A stretch of 64,000 nucleotides of DNA from Acetobacteraceae bacterium (GCA_027488195.1 JAIYCD010000321.1:2466-66465); one strand, 5' to 3'; counted from the stretch's first letter, positions 8,686 through 18,995 are shown. The notes: generated from the sequence alone by a model not told the origin. Numbers and translations: made by a program.

Positions 8686-9165
8686 TTAGCGCAGGTTGCC
8701 GGCGCCGTCGCTCACAATGCCGCTGGCCGAGATGTTGCCCGTCACCACCAGGCTGCCCGTGATCTCCACGCCGGTGGCCGAAACGCGCAGCCGCACCCCC
8801 GCCACCGTCACCTGGACGGCCGTGGCTGCCGCCACCTCCACCAGGCCGCCGGCGCGCAGATGCACGCGCGTGCCTTCATCGGTGTAGAGCGCGGCCTCTC
8901 CATCATCCACGCCGAGGCGCACGCCGCCCGCGGGCGGCAGCGCGACCATGTCCCCCTGGTCACCGCCGATGGCCAGCAGCACGGTCAACCCGCCCGGCGC
9001 GGGCTTGCTGGCCAGGCCATAGGGCTGGAGCACCTCGACGCCTGTGCGGATCACGCCCTCATGCGTCTCGACGGTCAGCGCCTGGCTGCCGCCGGCATCG
9101 TTGATGCCGTGGACCACGCCCCGCACCACCTGGCCGCGCAGGCTGGCTGCGTCTTCAGCGTTCAT
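8686..9165 (-). CDS. Baseplate spike, Mu gp45-like
   Basis: VEVLQPYGLASKP...GEAALYTDEG. Confidence 0.9.
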   Translation of the reverse strand: MNAEDAASLRGQVVRGVVHGINDAGGSQALTVETHEGVIRTGVEVLQPYGLASKPAPGGLTVLLAIGGDQGDMVALPPAGGVRLGVDDGEAALYTDEGTRVHLRAGGLVEVAAATAVQVTVAGVRLRVSATGVEITGSLVVTGNISASGIVSDGAGNLR

Positions 9166-10451
9166 CGGCTGGGCGCCGGCGTCGGGGTGCGGGGCGGGGG
9201 CTCGGCCGTCAATTCGCCGGCCGTGCCGTCCAGCCGGCGCGGCGCGGAGGAGCGGGCGGTCTCACCCGGCTCGATCAGCACATCGAAGGCGTCACAGCCG
9301 CAGAGGCGCAGCTCGGTGCGCGCTCCTTCCTTCGAGTAGCGCCAGGTGAGGCTCGCGATCAGCAGCTCGGCCGAGGCCTGGCTCAGCGGGTCATCCACCA
9401 GCGCGCGCTCATTGATGCGCCAGAGGCGGGGCTCCTCACCCGTCAGGTTGCCGTCATCGGTGACGCCCATGGGCTCCCCCGCGCGCCAATCCTGCACGGT
9501 CACGCGCAGGCTCTCGCTCTTGGCGCGGGCGGTCCGCATCTTCCATTCGGCCTGTTCCTGGACACTGACGCCGCCGCTCTGCGTCTTGGCCATGAGCACG
9601 GTCGGGCGATAGCGCGTCACGGCCGGGTCCGACACGCGGGCGCTCGTCACCACGCGGGGCCGCCCCCCCGCGGGCGAGGTCGGCGCCGGCCGGCGATCTG
9701 GCGCGGCGGCGGTCAGCGGTGTGGCGGTGCGGTCCATCGCCGGCGGCGAGCTGGCGGGGCCGCCCTGCCCCTTGCAGATATACTCGGCATACCGCTCGCT
9801 CTGGTCGAAGGTGGCATCCAGCGTCTGGATGTTCTCGCCGAAGATCAGCGGCGCCGGCGCCTTGCCCTGGCCGCCGCGCGTCAGCAGCAGGCCCCCCACG
9901 CCATCGCTCACCGCCAGCACCGCGCGCTGCCGGCACGCCTTCTCGATCGCGCTCATCGCGGTCTCAGCCGGCTCTATGCCGAATTTCGGGAAAGGGGCAC
10001 CGACATCGACATCAGCCGTGACGGAGATCCCGAAGGGCGCGCAGATCCGCGCGCAGAGCTCGGTCAGCGTCAGTCCCGAATACTCGGCCGGCCCATCCGG
10101 CGCGGCCGCGCAATCCACCAGGTCCCCCGTCACGTCGCGGCCGGAGAGCAGCATGCTCACCTTGTCCGGGCCGTAATTCACCTCGACGCGGTCCAGCCAG
10201 CCCACCAGCACCACCTCGCCATCGAGGGCGATGACCACCCGCTCACCGGGCTGGAGCGGCCCGCGCGCGGAGCCGAAGCGCCACCAGGCCGGGCGGGCCG
10301 CCTGCATCCTCGCCATGTCCAGACACTCGATCTTGAAGCCGCCGGAGATCTCCTCGAGGTCGCGGATGATCTCGGCCGAGATGATCTCCTCGAACAGCTC
10401 CTCGCCGCCGCTCAGCCTCATTGTCACCCGCGGCTCGGAGCGGCCACTCAT
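9162..10451 (-). CDS. Baseplate hub, Mu gp44 (P)-like
   Basis: SGRDVTGDLVDCAA, IEPAETAMSAIEK, VQDWR. Confidence 0.9.
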   Translation of the reverse strand: MSGRSEPRVTMRLSGGEELFEEIISAEIIRDLEEISGGFKIECLDMARMQAARPAWWRFGSARGPLQPGERVVIALDGEVVLVGWLDRVEVNYGPDKVSMLLSGRDVTGDLVDCAAAPDGPAEYSGLTLTELCARICAPFGISVTADVDVGAPFPKFGIEPAETAMSAIEKACRQRAVLAVSDGVGGLLLTRGGQGKAPAPLIFGENIQTLDATFDQSERYAEYICKGQGGPASSPPAMDRTATPLTAAAPDRRPAPTSPAGGRPRVVTSARVSDPAVTRYRPTVLMAKTQSGGVSVQEQAEWKMRTARAKSESLRVTVQDWRAGEPMGVTDDGNLTGEEPRLWRINERALVDDPLSQASAELLIASLTWRYSKEGARTELRLCGCDAFDVLIEPGETARSSAPRRLDGTAGELTAEPPPRTPTPAPSR

Positions 10452-11749
10452 GACGAGAGCCCGCCTCCGGCCGCGCGCAGCACCTCGATATCGCCAGCCG
10501 GCAGCCGGGCCGGGCGGCGAATGCGGTTGCGGGAGACGAGCTGCTGGTACTGGCCCACGACGCGCCCTGGCGCATCGCCCACCAGGTGGTTCGCGACCAG
10601 CCAGGTGGGCGCCGCGCCGGGCAAGGTCAGCGTCTCGATCGCGGGCAAGCGGCCAATCCGCTCGCTCATGTCGCGCGCCAGGCCGGCGCGGAGTGCCGCC
10701 GCCTGTTGCCAGATGGCGCCGGCATAGGCGGGCTCGGTCACGGCGGCCGCGGCCGCATCGCTGGCGAGCACCGCCAGCGCCGCATCCAGCGTGGCGCGCA
10801 TGGCCAGCGCCTCGGTGCGCGAGGCGAAGGGGACCTGCACGCCGAGCTGCACCGCATCCGCCACCAGCAGCGCCTGCGCGCCGAGGCGCAGCCCGGCCGG
10901 CACCGTGGCGTCCCCCCGAACGCCCGAGGCGACGGCCAGCAGCAGCCGCGTCGCTGCCGCCGTCTCGACCACGGGCGCCACGCTCAGATTTCCGCCGAAG
11001 ACACCCACGGCCGGGTTGAGGCGCGGCAGGCCGGCCTTGCGGATCACTGCGCCCGGCCCCTCGATGCGCGCCACGACGGCGCTGCCATAGCTGCGATCCA
11101 GCCTGAGGCTGCCCACGGCAAGGAGGCCCACGAAGCTTGCCTCCAGCTCACGCGGCAGGCCGATCAGCCCGCGCACCGCGCCGATGGTCGAGCGGAACAG
11201 CCCGACCATCCCACCCACGAAGCCCACCACGGCGCGCACCACCGAAAGCGCCAGGCGGATGGGGGCGAGGATGAAGCGCACCAGCGCGCGCGCCCCCTCG
11301 CGGATGGCGTCCAGCAGCGCCAGCAGCTGGCCCAGCGTGTCGAGGCGGATGGGCGGCCGCTCGACATAGGGCTCGAAGATGGCGGTGAAGCGCGCGAGGC
11401 GGATCTCGCGATCGCTGAAGGAGATCTCCGCCGGCTCAGCGAGGACGACATCGATGTCGCCCAGCCAGGGGTGCGTCAGGAGGCCGGGGCCGGGCGTGCG
11501 GAAGGCGGCGCGCAGCCGGTTGGCCCGGCGGACATAGTCTTCGCCAACGATGAGGCCGCTGACCGAGATGCGGCCATCCAGCGCGCCCATATCCTCGTGC
11601 CAGGTGTCATCGCGTCCAGGATAGAAAAAGCGGATGACGCGGCGGCCCGTCTCCTCGCGAGGGTCGGGCATGTGGAAGGGGATGCCGCGGAATTCGGCGT
11701 CATAGAGATCATCGAGAAGGCTGGAAGAGCCCCCCAGGAAGCCGCTCAT
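10448..11749 (-). CDS. DNA circularization protein (Mu N-like)
   Basis: AEFRGIPF...GRR...YPGRD...EDMG...GLLTHPWLG. Confidence 0.9.
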   Translation of the reverse strand: MSGFLGGSSSLLDDLYDAEFRGIPFHMPDPREETGRRVIRFFYPGRDDTWHEDMGALDGRISVSGLIVGEDYVRRANRLRAAFRTPGPGLLTHPWLGDIDVVLAEPAEISFSDREIRLARFTAIFEPYVERPPIRLDTLGQLLALLDAIREGARALVRFILAPIRLALSVVRAVVGFVGGMVGLFRSTIGAVRGLIGLPRELEASFVGLLAVGSLRLDRSYGSAVVARIEGPGAVIRKAGLPRLNPAVGVFGGNLSVAPVVETAAATRLLLAVASGVRGDATVPAGLRLGAQALLVADAVQLGVQVPFASRTEALAMRATLDAALAVLASDAAAAAVTEPAYAGAIWQQAAALRAGLARDMSERIGRLPAIETLTLPGAAPTWLVANHLVGDAPGRVVGQYQQLVSRNRIRRPARLPAGDIEVLRAAGGGLSS

Positions 11750-13755
11750 GGCCTGCCCCTCGTGCCGCCACGGTTCTGCGCGGCGGCGGTGACCGGCACA
11801 TTGCTGTTGCTGCCCTCGGCCGAGACGATCTCGGTGCCGGGCGCCGCGCGCACGATGATCTCGCCATTCACTGGCGCGGGCGGTGCGCCGGCGCCGCCCG
11901 CCGTGGCAGCCGCCAGGTCATTCGCCGCATAGAAACCCCCGGCCGGGTTGCCCCGCGCCGCGGCCTGGCGGGCCTGCACGCCGCCCAGCGCGGGCGGCGC
12001 GGCATTGGCCGTGGCCTGCGCCGCCTGCCCGGAGGAGAAGGCCGAGCGCATGCCGTCCCAGACCGCGCGCACGCGCTCCAGCCCGGCCGTGATGGTGCTG
12101 ATGAAGCCTTCGAAGGGTGCGATCATCGTGGACCACAGGGCCGCGAACCACCCGCTCAACCCAGCGAAGGGGGCCATGATGGCGGCGACGAGGGCGGCCA
12201 CCGGCCCGGCCGCCCAGCCGGAAACCCAGGCGCCGAAGGCCTCGAAGGGTGCGGTGATGGCGGCCCAGATACCGACGAAGTTGCCGGCCAACCCATCCCA
12301 GGCCGCGCGGAACAGCCCCACCGCAATGGCGCCGGCGCCATTCAGCACATCCAGCAGCCAGTCCACCTGCGGCTGCATGCCGGTGCGAATGTCATTCCAG
12401 AGGCCGGTGAACCAGGCGGCGATGGGCTCCCAGTTCCGCCAAAGCGCCCAGGCGGCGGCGGCGAGCGTGGCGATGGCCGCGACGGTCAGGCCGATCGGCG
12501 AGACGAGGATGGCGATGCCGGCCGCCAGCGGCCCGATGGCGAAGCCCAGCGCGGTGATGGCGATGGCCGCGGCGGTGATGACCGCGATGCCGGCGCCGAG
12601 TTGAGCCGTCAGGCCGGGGAAAGCGGCCTCCAGAGCGCCGATGCGGTCGGAAAGCCAGAAGATCACGTCCCCCGCCATGCGGATCGCGCCCTCTGAGGCG
12701 GCACCGACGCGGACGGTGAACTCGTCCCAGGCCACCGTTACGCGCTGGGTGGCGGCGGCGAGGCCGCGCATCGCATCCTCCTGCCCGTCCGCGATCAGGC
12801 TGGGGCTGGCCGCAGCGGCGCGGTCGCGGACCGCCATGTAGCGCTCGGTGTCCTGGATCATGGGTCGCAGGAAGGCGAGCACCTGGCTGTCGGCGAAGAG
12901 CTCTCCCACGCGGAACATGTCGCCCCCGGTCACCTCGCGGATCTTCTGGATCAGCGCCTCCAGCGGGTTGATGCCGCGCGTGCCGGCATCCTTCATCACT
13001 GCCTCAAGATCCACGCCCATCTCCCGGAAGTTCCGCACCGCATCCGGGCTGGTCATCTTCTGGAGAATGTTCGTGAGGTTCGTTGCGGCCTCGCCGGCGC
13101 TGCCTGCGCCCTGCCGCGCCACCTGCAGCGCAGCCGAAAGGCTGCTGATCGCGCTCGGCCCCGTCAGGCCGATGCCCGCCGCGGCTGCGGTCAGGCCAGC
13201 AAATTCGCGGGCCATGTCCTTCAGCTCGAACTGGCCCTCGCGCCCCGCCTGCACCATGGAGGCCAGCGCCTGCTCGACCTGGTCGGGCCCGAGGCGGAGG
13301 TTGTTCACCACGGCCAGCACCGACTGGCTCAGGTCGTTGGCATTGGCACCCGAGGCCGTGGCGACGCGGCCGATGATGGGCACCAGCTCCTCCCACACCT
13401 CGCCCGCGCGGCCACCGCCGGCGACAAGTGTGCCCGCCGCCTGTGCCAGGTCACTGACGCGCTGGTTGGTCTCACGCGCCACGCGCTGGAACATCACCAG
13501 GGAGCGCGCCATCATCTCCTCGACGGCCGCGCCGCTCAGCCCGGCCGTGATGGCGGTCGCGCGCATCTGCCCCTCCAGCGCCGCCGCCTGGGCGATGGGC
13601 CCCGCGACGGAAAGCCCGGCCAGCGCGCCCCCCACCAGCGCCAAGCGCCGCGCCACCTGCGTGAGCCCCTGCAGCCGCCGCTGGATCGCCCCCAGGCCAG
13701 CCGAGGTGCGATCCTGCAGGCGAAGGATGAATTGCGCGATGAGCGAGCGGTTCAT
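11746..13755 (-). CDS. Tape measure protein
   Basis: AGREGQFELKDMAR, EAATNLTN, Trp-periodic C-terminal repeats. Confidence 0.9.
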   Translation of the reverse strand: MNRSLIAQFILRLQDRTSAGLGAIQRRLQGLTQVARRLALVGGALAGLSVAGPIAQAAALEGQMRATAITAGLSGAAVEEMMARSLVMFQRVARETNQRVSDLAQAAGTLVAGGGRAGEVWEELVPIIGRVATASGANANDLSQSVLAVVNNLRLGPDQVEQALASMVQAGREGQFELKDMAREFAGLTAAAAGIGLTGPSAISSLSAALQVARQGAGSAGEAATNLTNILQKMTSPDAVRNFREMGVDLEAVMKDAGTRGINPLEALIQKIREVTGGDMFRVGELFADSQVLAFLRPMIQDTERYMAVRDRAAAASPSLIADGQEDAMRGLAAATQRVTVAWDEFTVRVGAASEGAIRMAGDVIFWLSDRIGALEAAFPGLTAQLGAGIAVITAAAIAITALGFAIGPLAAGIAILVSPIGLTVAAIATLAAAAWALWRNWEPIAAWFTGLWNDIRTGMQPQVDWLLDVLNGAGAIAVGLFRAAWDGLAGNFVGIWAAITAPFEAFGAWVSGWAAGPVAALVAAIMAPFAGLSGWFAALWSTMIAPFEGFISTITAGLERVRAVWDGMRSAFSSGQAAQATANAAPPALGGVQARQAAARGNPAGGFYAANDLAAATAGGAGAPPAPVNGEIIVRAAPGTEIVSAEGSNSNVPVTAAAQNRGGTRGRP

Positions 13756-13898
13756 TCGGGAGCCTTCCTTCGGAGCGTCTCCTCACGGAGCGCGGCCAGC
13801 TCGACCACGGCATCGGTGTAGAACTTGCAGTCCTCGTGGTTGAGGGCCTCAAGCTCGGCGCGGGGCCAGCCGAAATGGCCGCCCAGCGCCGCCAGCAT
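13752..13898 (-). CDS. GpE-like small tail protein (own start, or -1 frameshift extension of the chaperone)
   Basis: Manual translation MLAALGGHFGWPRAELEAL...; TGATG overlap with the chaperone stop. Confidence 0.7.
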   Translation of the reverse strand: MLAALGGHFGWPRAELEALNHEDCKFYTDAVVELAALREETLRRKAPE

Positions 13899-14353
13899 CA
13901 GCGGCCAGTCGGCCGGCCACCGTCCATAAAATGCATGACGCAGCGCTCCGCCGCGTTCACATCGCGCGCATCCATCCGGTCATAGATCGCGTCCATCTTC
14001 ATCTCGGCCATGCGCGTGCTGCGCGCGATGGCGGTGCTCGTGATCTTGTCGGCCGGCTTGCTGCTGATCACGCGCATGTCCCCACCCGTCAGGGCATGGA
14101 ACACCAGGCGCTCCGTCGTCTCCTCGCGCACCGCGCCGCCCTTCTTGAACTTCAGGGTGACGGGGTGCAGCAGCGGCAGCTCGATCGTGCCATCGGCGCG
14201 CGGAATGGCGTGCTTGGGCAGCTTCGCGTCATCCGGCACCCCGTCATCCAGGGAGACGACGCCCGGCTCCACAGGCTCCAGCACGGCGGTTGGGCCGGCG
14301 GCGCCGTCCAGGTCCACCAGGTTCGGATCCAGGTCGTTTCCGATATCAGCCAT
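13898..14353 (-). CDS. Tail assembly chaperone (Mu gp41-like)
   Basis: LPLLHPV...LVFHALTGGDMR...DRMDARD; between tube and tape measure. Confidence 0.8.
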   Translation of the reverse strand: MADIGNDLDPNLVDLDGAAGPTAVLEPVEPGVVSLDDGVPDDAKLPKHAIPRADGTIELPLLHPVTLKFKKGGAVREETTERLVFHALTGGDMRVISSKPADKITSTAIARSTRMAEMKMDAIYDRMDARDVNAAERCVMHFMDGGRPTGR

Positions 14354-14711
14354 TGAGCAGTTCCTCCGGCTCACCCACCACCCACTTCAGCTCGATCTTG
14401 CCGCCCTCGCCCCCGGTGGCCTCGATCAGATCCGCCATGAAGGCATCCGGCCAGGTGAAGGATTGGCCCGTGTCGCAGAGCACCTGCAGCTCGCCCTCGC
14501 CCGTGCTGTACATGCCGAGGAAGCTCTGCCCGCGCTGGAGGATGGTGATGCCCGAGACCTCGCCCTCCATGTACTCCTCGGAGCGGTCGATGCGACGGCC
14601 GGTCTTGACCACGTTGTTCTTGAGGCCACCCGGCTTGAACTTCGCCCCCTTCTCGACGGGGATGCGCTTGCCCCGCCAGACGATGTCCACAATCCCCAGG
14701 GTCTGTGCCAT
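14346..14711 (-). CDS. Tail tube protein
   Basis: MAQTLGIVDIVWRG...GG...LQVLCDTG; follows the sheath gene. Confidence 0.85.
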   Translation of the reverse strand: MAQTLGIVDIVWRGKRIPVEKGAKFKPGGLKNNVVKTGRRIDRSEEYMEGEVSGITILQRGQSFLGMYSTGEGELQVLCDTGQSFTWPDAFMADLIEATGGEGGKIELKWVVGEPEELLNG

Positions 14712-14723
14712 GGCGCGCGCTCC

Positions 14724-16220
14724 TTACTGGCTGAATTCGAGGACGCCGGCGAGCGTCATCAGGTTGCCCAGGATCCGCACGCGCAGGCGCGCATTCACCC
14801 GGTTGCGGTCGGTCACGTCCCGCACGAAGAAGCTCTCGGCGGCACTCTCGCTCGCCTGCTGGATCCAGCCCAGGCGCTCATAAAGGGTGCAGCGCGCGGC
14901 CCAGCTGTTGTGCAGCCGGCGCGGCGTGGCGATCTCGGGGTCGAACTCGGCGGCCGCCGCGTTGTCGTCCGCCAGCTTGGCGCGCGGCCAGGTGGAGGTC
15001 ATGTAGGCCCACCAGTCGTACCGGATGCGGGACAGCGTCTTCACCGTCATCACGTCCAGCCAGGCCGTGTCCTCGACGCCCAGCGTGGTGCGCTGGTTCT
15101 GCGTGATCACGCGCTCCAGCACCACCTGGCCGTCATCGGTGGCGAGCCAGGTGGACATGCCGTCGCGCAGCAGCAGGTCCCGCTCGGTGTCGATGAAGCG
15201 ATTGACCGAGAGCGGCGCCTGGATGCCCACGAGGGGGATGCCGCGCAGCTGCCGCGCCGGGTCATTCAGCAGGAATAATGTGGCGCGCCCGGCCAGTGCT
15301 GCGGCCCAGGCCCAGGGCGTGTTCGCCGGCGCATTGACGCCGAGCTCGGTCATGAAGCGACTGTTGCGCGCATTGCCCAGCGTCGAGAGCGCCGAGAAGG
15401 TGCCCACCGCCATACCCCAGACATGGGCGTCCAGGCGCACCATCGCGTTCCAGCGGCGCTCCAGCTCGGTGGCCAGCGTGGTCGCATAGGCGGTGCTGAT
15501 CTGCGGCAGCACCAGGTCCGTCCACCACTCGGTGGCGATGGCCGAGATGGCGGGCGCGATGTCGGCCTCCAGGGTGCCGCCCGTCATCGCCGTCGCCACG
15601 GCGGTCAGGCCGGGCGGCACCGGGATCTCGGGCTCGGGCGCCACGATGACCGGGATGGCATTGCCCACCGTGCCGAAGTGCCGCGCCGTCAGGGTGAGGA
15701 CGCCGGCGGCATTGGCCGCGGTCACTTGCGCGGCCTGGCGGCCGAACAGCGCCGTGATGGCGGCCACCAGGCGGGCGGCGATGACGGTGACGGTCTCGGC
15801 CGCGTTGACCGCGATCGCGATGCGGCGGCCGCCGATGTTCGTGACCAGCGTCCCGTTGGCGGTGGGCGTGCCGGTCAGGGTGATGGTGCAGCTCGCCCGC
15901 GCGCCGGCCGGGTCCGCCACCAGGAAGAGGCTGACGTCGCCGGTGCGGTTGTTCGCGAGGAAGAGCTCGGCCATCTCGGCCGCGATGCCGCCCTCACCGC
16001 CCCAGGCCACCGCGTCCTCGACGCGGGTCAGGCGCAGCGCGCGCCCCAGGACGCCGGTGCCGGCCGCCAGGCGCGGGGCGATGATCAGCGTCCGCGCCGG
16101 ATAGGGGTAGAGGCCCCGGTTGCGGCGGTCCGGCCGGATCTCGGTGTAGGTGCCGGGGACGCGCCAGTCGACGGGGATCTCGTCGAAGCTGATCGTCCCG
16201 CCCGCGATGGTGCCGCTCAT
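14724..16220 (-). CDS. Tail sheath protein (Mu L-like)
   Basis: ISFDEIPVDWRVPGTYTEI, DPARQL, ERDLLLRDG, RVIT. Confidence 0.95.
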   Translation of the reverse strand: MSGTIAGGTISFDEIPVDWRVPGTYTEIRPDRRNRGLYPYPARTLIIAPRLAAGTGVLGRALRLTRVEDAVAWGGEGGIAAEMAELFLANNRTGDVSLFLVADPAGARASCTITLTGTPTANGTLVTNIGGRRIAIAVNAAETVTVIAARLVAAITALFGRQAAQVTAANAAGVLTLTARHFGTVGNAIPVIVAPEPEIPVPPGLTAVATAMTGGTLEADIAPAISAIATEWWTDLVLPQISTAYATTLATELERRWNAMVRLDAHVWGMAVGTFSALSTLGNARNSRFMTELGVNAPANTPWAWAAALAGRATLFLLNDPARQLRGIPLVGIQAPLSVNRFIDTERDLLLRDGMSTWLATDDGQVVLERVITQNQRTTLGVEDTAWLDVMTVKTLSRIRYDWWAYMTSTWPRAKLADDNAAAAEFDPEIATPRRLHNSWAARCTLYERLGWIQQASESAAESFFVRDVTDRNRVNARLRVRILGNLMTLAGVLEFSQ

Positions 16221-16390
16221 GCGTCATTCCCCTTCTTGCGGTTGCTCTCCACGACCGTGAGGTCGCCATCGGCGATGCGCCGGTCCAGGTAGAGGTCGCG
16301 CACCAGGTGCAGCCCCTCGGGCGGGATGATCTGGCCGTCCGGCGCGCGCACGACGCGGCCGGTGGCCGGTTTCACATGGATGCTGCTCAT
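16217..16390 (-). CDS. DUF2635-like small protein (Mu gp38)
   Basis: Manual translation MSSIHVKPATGRVVRAPDG...YLDRRIADGDL. Confidence 0.8.
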   Translation of the reverse strand: MSSIHVKPATGRVVRAPDGQIIPPEGLHLVRDLYLDRRIADGDLTVVESNRKKGNDA

Positions 16391-16986
16391 GGAGCCCTCT
16401 CAAACAGGTCGGACGCGACCTCGACGTCACCGCCGAAGGTCCAGGTGGCGAGGATGGATTGCAGGGTGTCGGGGTCGCTGGTGGTGAAGGTGGCGGGCAG
16501 CGTCAGCGTCAGCGCCGCGCAGGCCGTGTTGTCCTTCGCCCACTCGGCGCCATCGGTGTTGTCCACATCGCCCACCTCGATCGAGCCGACGCCGGCGTCG
16601 CGCTCCCCCGCGATGGTGAAGCCATGCAGGGTGCAGACGGCCGCGTGGACCATCTGCGCGAGGCCCGGCCCCTGGAGGTCGCCCAGCGTGCGGCCACGGG
16701 AGTTGGGATGCTGAACGACCAGGTAGACGCCGAAGTTCAGCTTCACGCTGGGCAGCCGCGCGGTATTCGGCGCCGGCTTCAGGCCCAGGAAGGCGAGGCC
16801 CACGAAGGGCGTGCGGCGCGAGGCGAGCTCGGCCATCGTGGCGCGCGTCATCGGCGCGGGCAGCAGCTCGTGCGTGAAGCGCACTGGCGGGAAGGCGGCC
16901 TTCAGGCGCGTCTCGATGCCGGCGATCGCCGTATGGATGGGGCCGGCGCTGGCGGCGGCGGTGTCGGGGGTCAGCAGCAGCGTCAC
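16387..16986 (-). CDS. Tail terminator/neck protein, Mu gp37-like
   Basis: Position after gp36; TPFVGLAFLG...GDLQGPGL. Confidence 0.75.
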   Translation of the reverse strand: MTLLLTPDTAAASAGPIHTAIAGIETRLKAAFPPVRFTHELLPAPMTRATMAELASRRTPFVGLAFLGLKPAPNTARLPSVKLNFGVYLVVQHPNSRGRTLGDLQGPGLAQMVHAAVCTLHGFTIAGERDAGVGSIEVGDVDNTDGAEWAKDNTACAALTLTLPATFTTSDPDTLQSILATWTFGGDVEVASDLFERAP

Positions 16987-17399
16987 GGCAGGGCCACGCC
17001 ATCGATCAGCCGCACCCGGTCCCGCACACGGGCGTCGGAGGCGGCGCGCGCCGGCAGCGCGTCCAGGCGCCCGTCGCTGCTCGCCATGTCGCTGAGCCAG
17101 GCGAGCGTGTCGTCCCGGTCCTTCGTCATCTGCTCGCTGGGCTTCTGCTCGCCGCCCTGCGCCAGGTCATAGCGGGCCAGGTAGCAGCAGGCCCTGATGA
17201 TCTCCCGCGGGATGGGCGAGAGCGGCACGGCGTAGCGGGCGCGCAGGTAGCTGTCGATCAACGCGGTCGCATCGGCGAGGGCATTCTCGACGCGCGGCCC
17301 GTCGATGCTCTCGGGCAGAGCATCGTCGCGGGTGGAGAGGCGGATCATCTCGATCTGCCCGAACCGCTCCACCATGTCGTTGACCGTGGCGTAGGGCAT
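16983..17399 (-). CDS. Head-tail adaptor, Mu gp36-like (DUF1320)
   Basis: MPYATVNDMVERFG...DATALIDSYLRARYAVPL...LARYDL. Confidence 0.92.
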   Translation of the reverse strand: MPYATVNDMVERFGQIEMIRLSTRDDALPESIDGPRVENALADATALIDSYLRARYAVPLSPIPREIIRACCYLARYDLAQGGEQKPSEQMTKDRDDTLAWLSDMASSDGRLDALPARAASDARVRDRVRLIDGVALP

Positions 17400-17402
17400 G
17401 GC

Positions 17403-17633
17403 TCAGCCCATGTCCTCGACGAGGGAGGCCGCGCCGATGGCCACGAGGCCGTCCAGCAGCTCGGCGCGGATCTCGCCCGTCTCGCCCTCGGCGATGGCGA
17501 CGCCATCCACCTCCAGGTTGCGATGGGCGACGATGGTGACGCAGCCCTCGGCGGCGGAGCCGCCCATGTCGCCTGAGACGGCTTCGCCGTCGGCCGGCGG
17601 GGCGGCTTCAGCCTTCTTCGGTGCCTTCGCCAT
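17403..17633 (-). CDS. Small head-associated hypothetical protein
   Basis: ORF between capsid and gp36 in tight operon spacing. Confidence 0.6.
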   Translation of the reverse strand: MAKAPKKAEAAPPADGEAVSGDMGGSAAEGCVTIVAHRNLEVDGVAIAEGETGEIRAELLDGLVAIGAASLVEDMG

Positions 17634-17635
17634 GG

Positions 17636-18595
17636 TCAGGCCACCGCGTTTTCGAAGTAGTAGCCGCTCTCGGCGGCCGAGATGACCTCGGCCACGCTCT
17701 CACCCACGCGCACGGTCCGCCCGCCGCGCAGGCCCACCTTGGGATCATCCATCGTGCCGGCGATGCGGTCGCCGAACTGGGCGGTGAAGCCGAAGGTCGG
17801 CTGGTCGGCATCGGCCGCGTCCGGGCTGATGTAGAGCGCCGCCATGTGCTTGCCCCAGACGCGGCTGTAGCTCGCCGCCTGGCCGCGCCGGGCGGTGTTG
17901 ACGAAGCCGGAGCCGACGAGGATCTGCTTCACCTCGAACAGGTCGGCGAGCTGCTGGCGCGTCACCGCGCCGCCCGTCTGGGCGGTGCCGTAGACCGCCT
18001 GCACCAGGCGGGGGTGCTGGCGCATCGTCGTCCAGCAGGCCTGGCCAAAGACCAGGGTGTTCGGCCGCACCAGCGGCGCGTCCAGCGCCTGCAGGATCGC
18101 GTTCAGCGGGTTGCTGTTGACGAAGTCGCTCCACTGCGAGGTGCCGGAGAGAGTGGCGCGCAGCGCCGCGTTGTAGGTCGCGTTGTTGAAGATCAGGTTG
18201 GCCACGCGGATCTCGCGGTCCAGCATGATCAGGCTGGTGAGCAGCGAGGTCGCCTTCGCCTCGGGCGAGACGGGGCCGCCCACGGCCGGGCGTGCCGAGG
18301 TCTCCCAGCGGAGGATCTCGTCATTCGGGATCAGGTCATCCAGGCCGTAGTCCTGGCACTCGGAGTTCACCAGGGTGCCGCCGAAATCGACCTGCTGCGG
18401 CACGCCCTTCCGGCCAACGCGGGTGCCCGGCACGGTGTAGGCCTCGGCGGGCGTGTAGCGGGTGTAGCGGAATTCCTTGCTGCCCTTCTGGATGCGCGGC
18501 AGCACCATGTCGGCGATGAGGTCGATGTCCCGGTTGCGCCAGCCGATGGCGATCGCGGAAAGCTCGGGATTGTGCTGGAAGGCGCTGGTGGCCAT
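17636..18595 (-). CDS. Major capsid protein
   Basis: ELSAIAIGWRN...IADMVLP...QWSD...SGYYFENAVA; position in the head module. Confidence 0.88.
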   Translation of the reverse strand: MATSAFQHNPELSAIAIGWRNRDIDLIADMVLPRIQKGSKEFRYTRYTPAEAYTVPGTRVGRKGVPQQVDFGGTLVNSECQDYGLDDLIPNDEILRWETSARPAVGGPVSPEAKATSLLTSLIMLDREIRVANLIFNNATYNAALRATLSGTSQWSDFVNSNPLNAILQALDAPLVRPNTLVFGQACWTTMRQHPRLVQAVYGTAQTGGAVTRQQLADLFEVKQILVGSGFVNTARRGQAASYSRVWGKHMAALYISPDAADADQPTFGFTAQFGDRIAGTMDDPKVGLRGGRTVRVGESVAEVISAAESGYYFENAVA

Positions 18596-18607
18596 GGGTG
18601 TTTCTCC

Positions 18608-18979
18608 TCAGCCCTGGAAGGAATGCGGCGCGATGAGCACGCGGATGAGATCGCCGGCGGCGACGGCCGCCTCCATCGCGTAGCCGATGCAGTTGTTGTT
18701 CACGCCGGTCGCCGGTGCGGCGGCCACGGCACGGCCGGTCGCGTCGCTCGTGATCCGGGCGTTGATAGCGAAGGCGGCGCCCGCCTCGATCAGGCAGATG
18801 CCGGCCATGATGATGTCCGTGCGCTCGCCGCTGGCGGGCGCCACGTCATCGTTGACGCCCATCAGGACGTTGGTGGCCGCCGCCGCCAGAATGACGGTAT
18901 CGGCCGCGCTGAACTGGACGAGGCGGTAGGCCGGGATGGCCGCCCCCGCCGTGAAATTCTTTTCGAGCAGTCGGTTCAT
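18608..18979 (-). CDS. Capsid cement/decoration protein (DUF2190-like)
   Basis: AIPAYRLVQF...IEAGAAF...ITSDATGRAV...IGYAMEAA. Confidence 0.8.
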   Translation of the reverse strand: MNRLLEKNFTAGAAIPAYRLVQFSAADTVILAAAATNVLMGVNDDVAPASGERTDIIMAGICLIEAGAAFAINARITSDATGRAVAAAPATGVNNNCIGYAMEAAVAAGDLIRVLIAPHSFQG

Positions 18980-18995
18980 CTCGGGCTCCTCCCCG

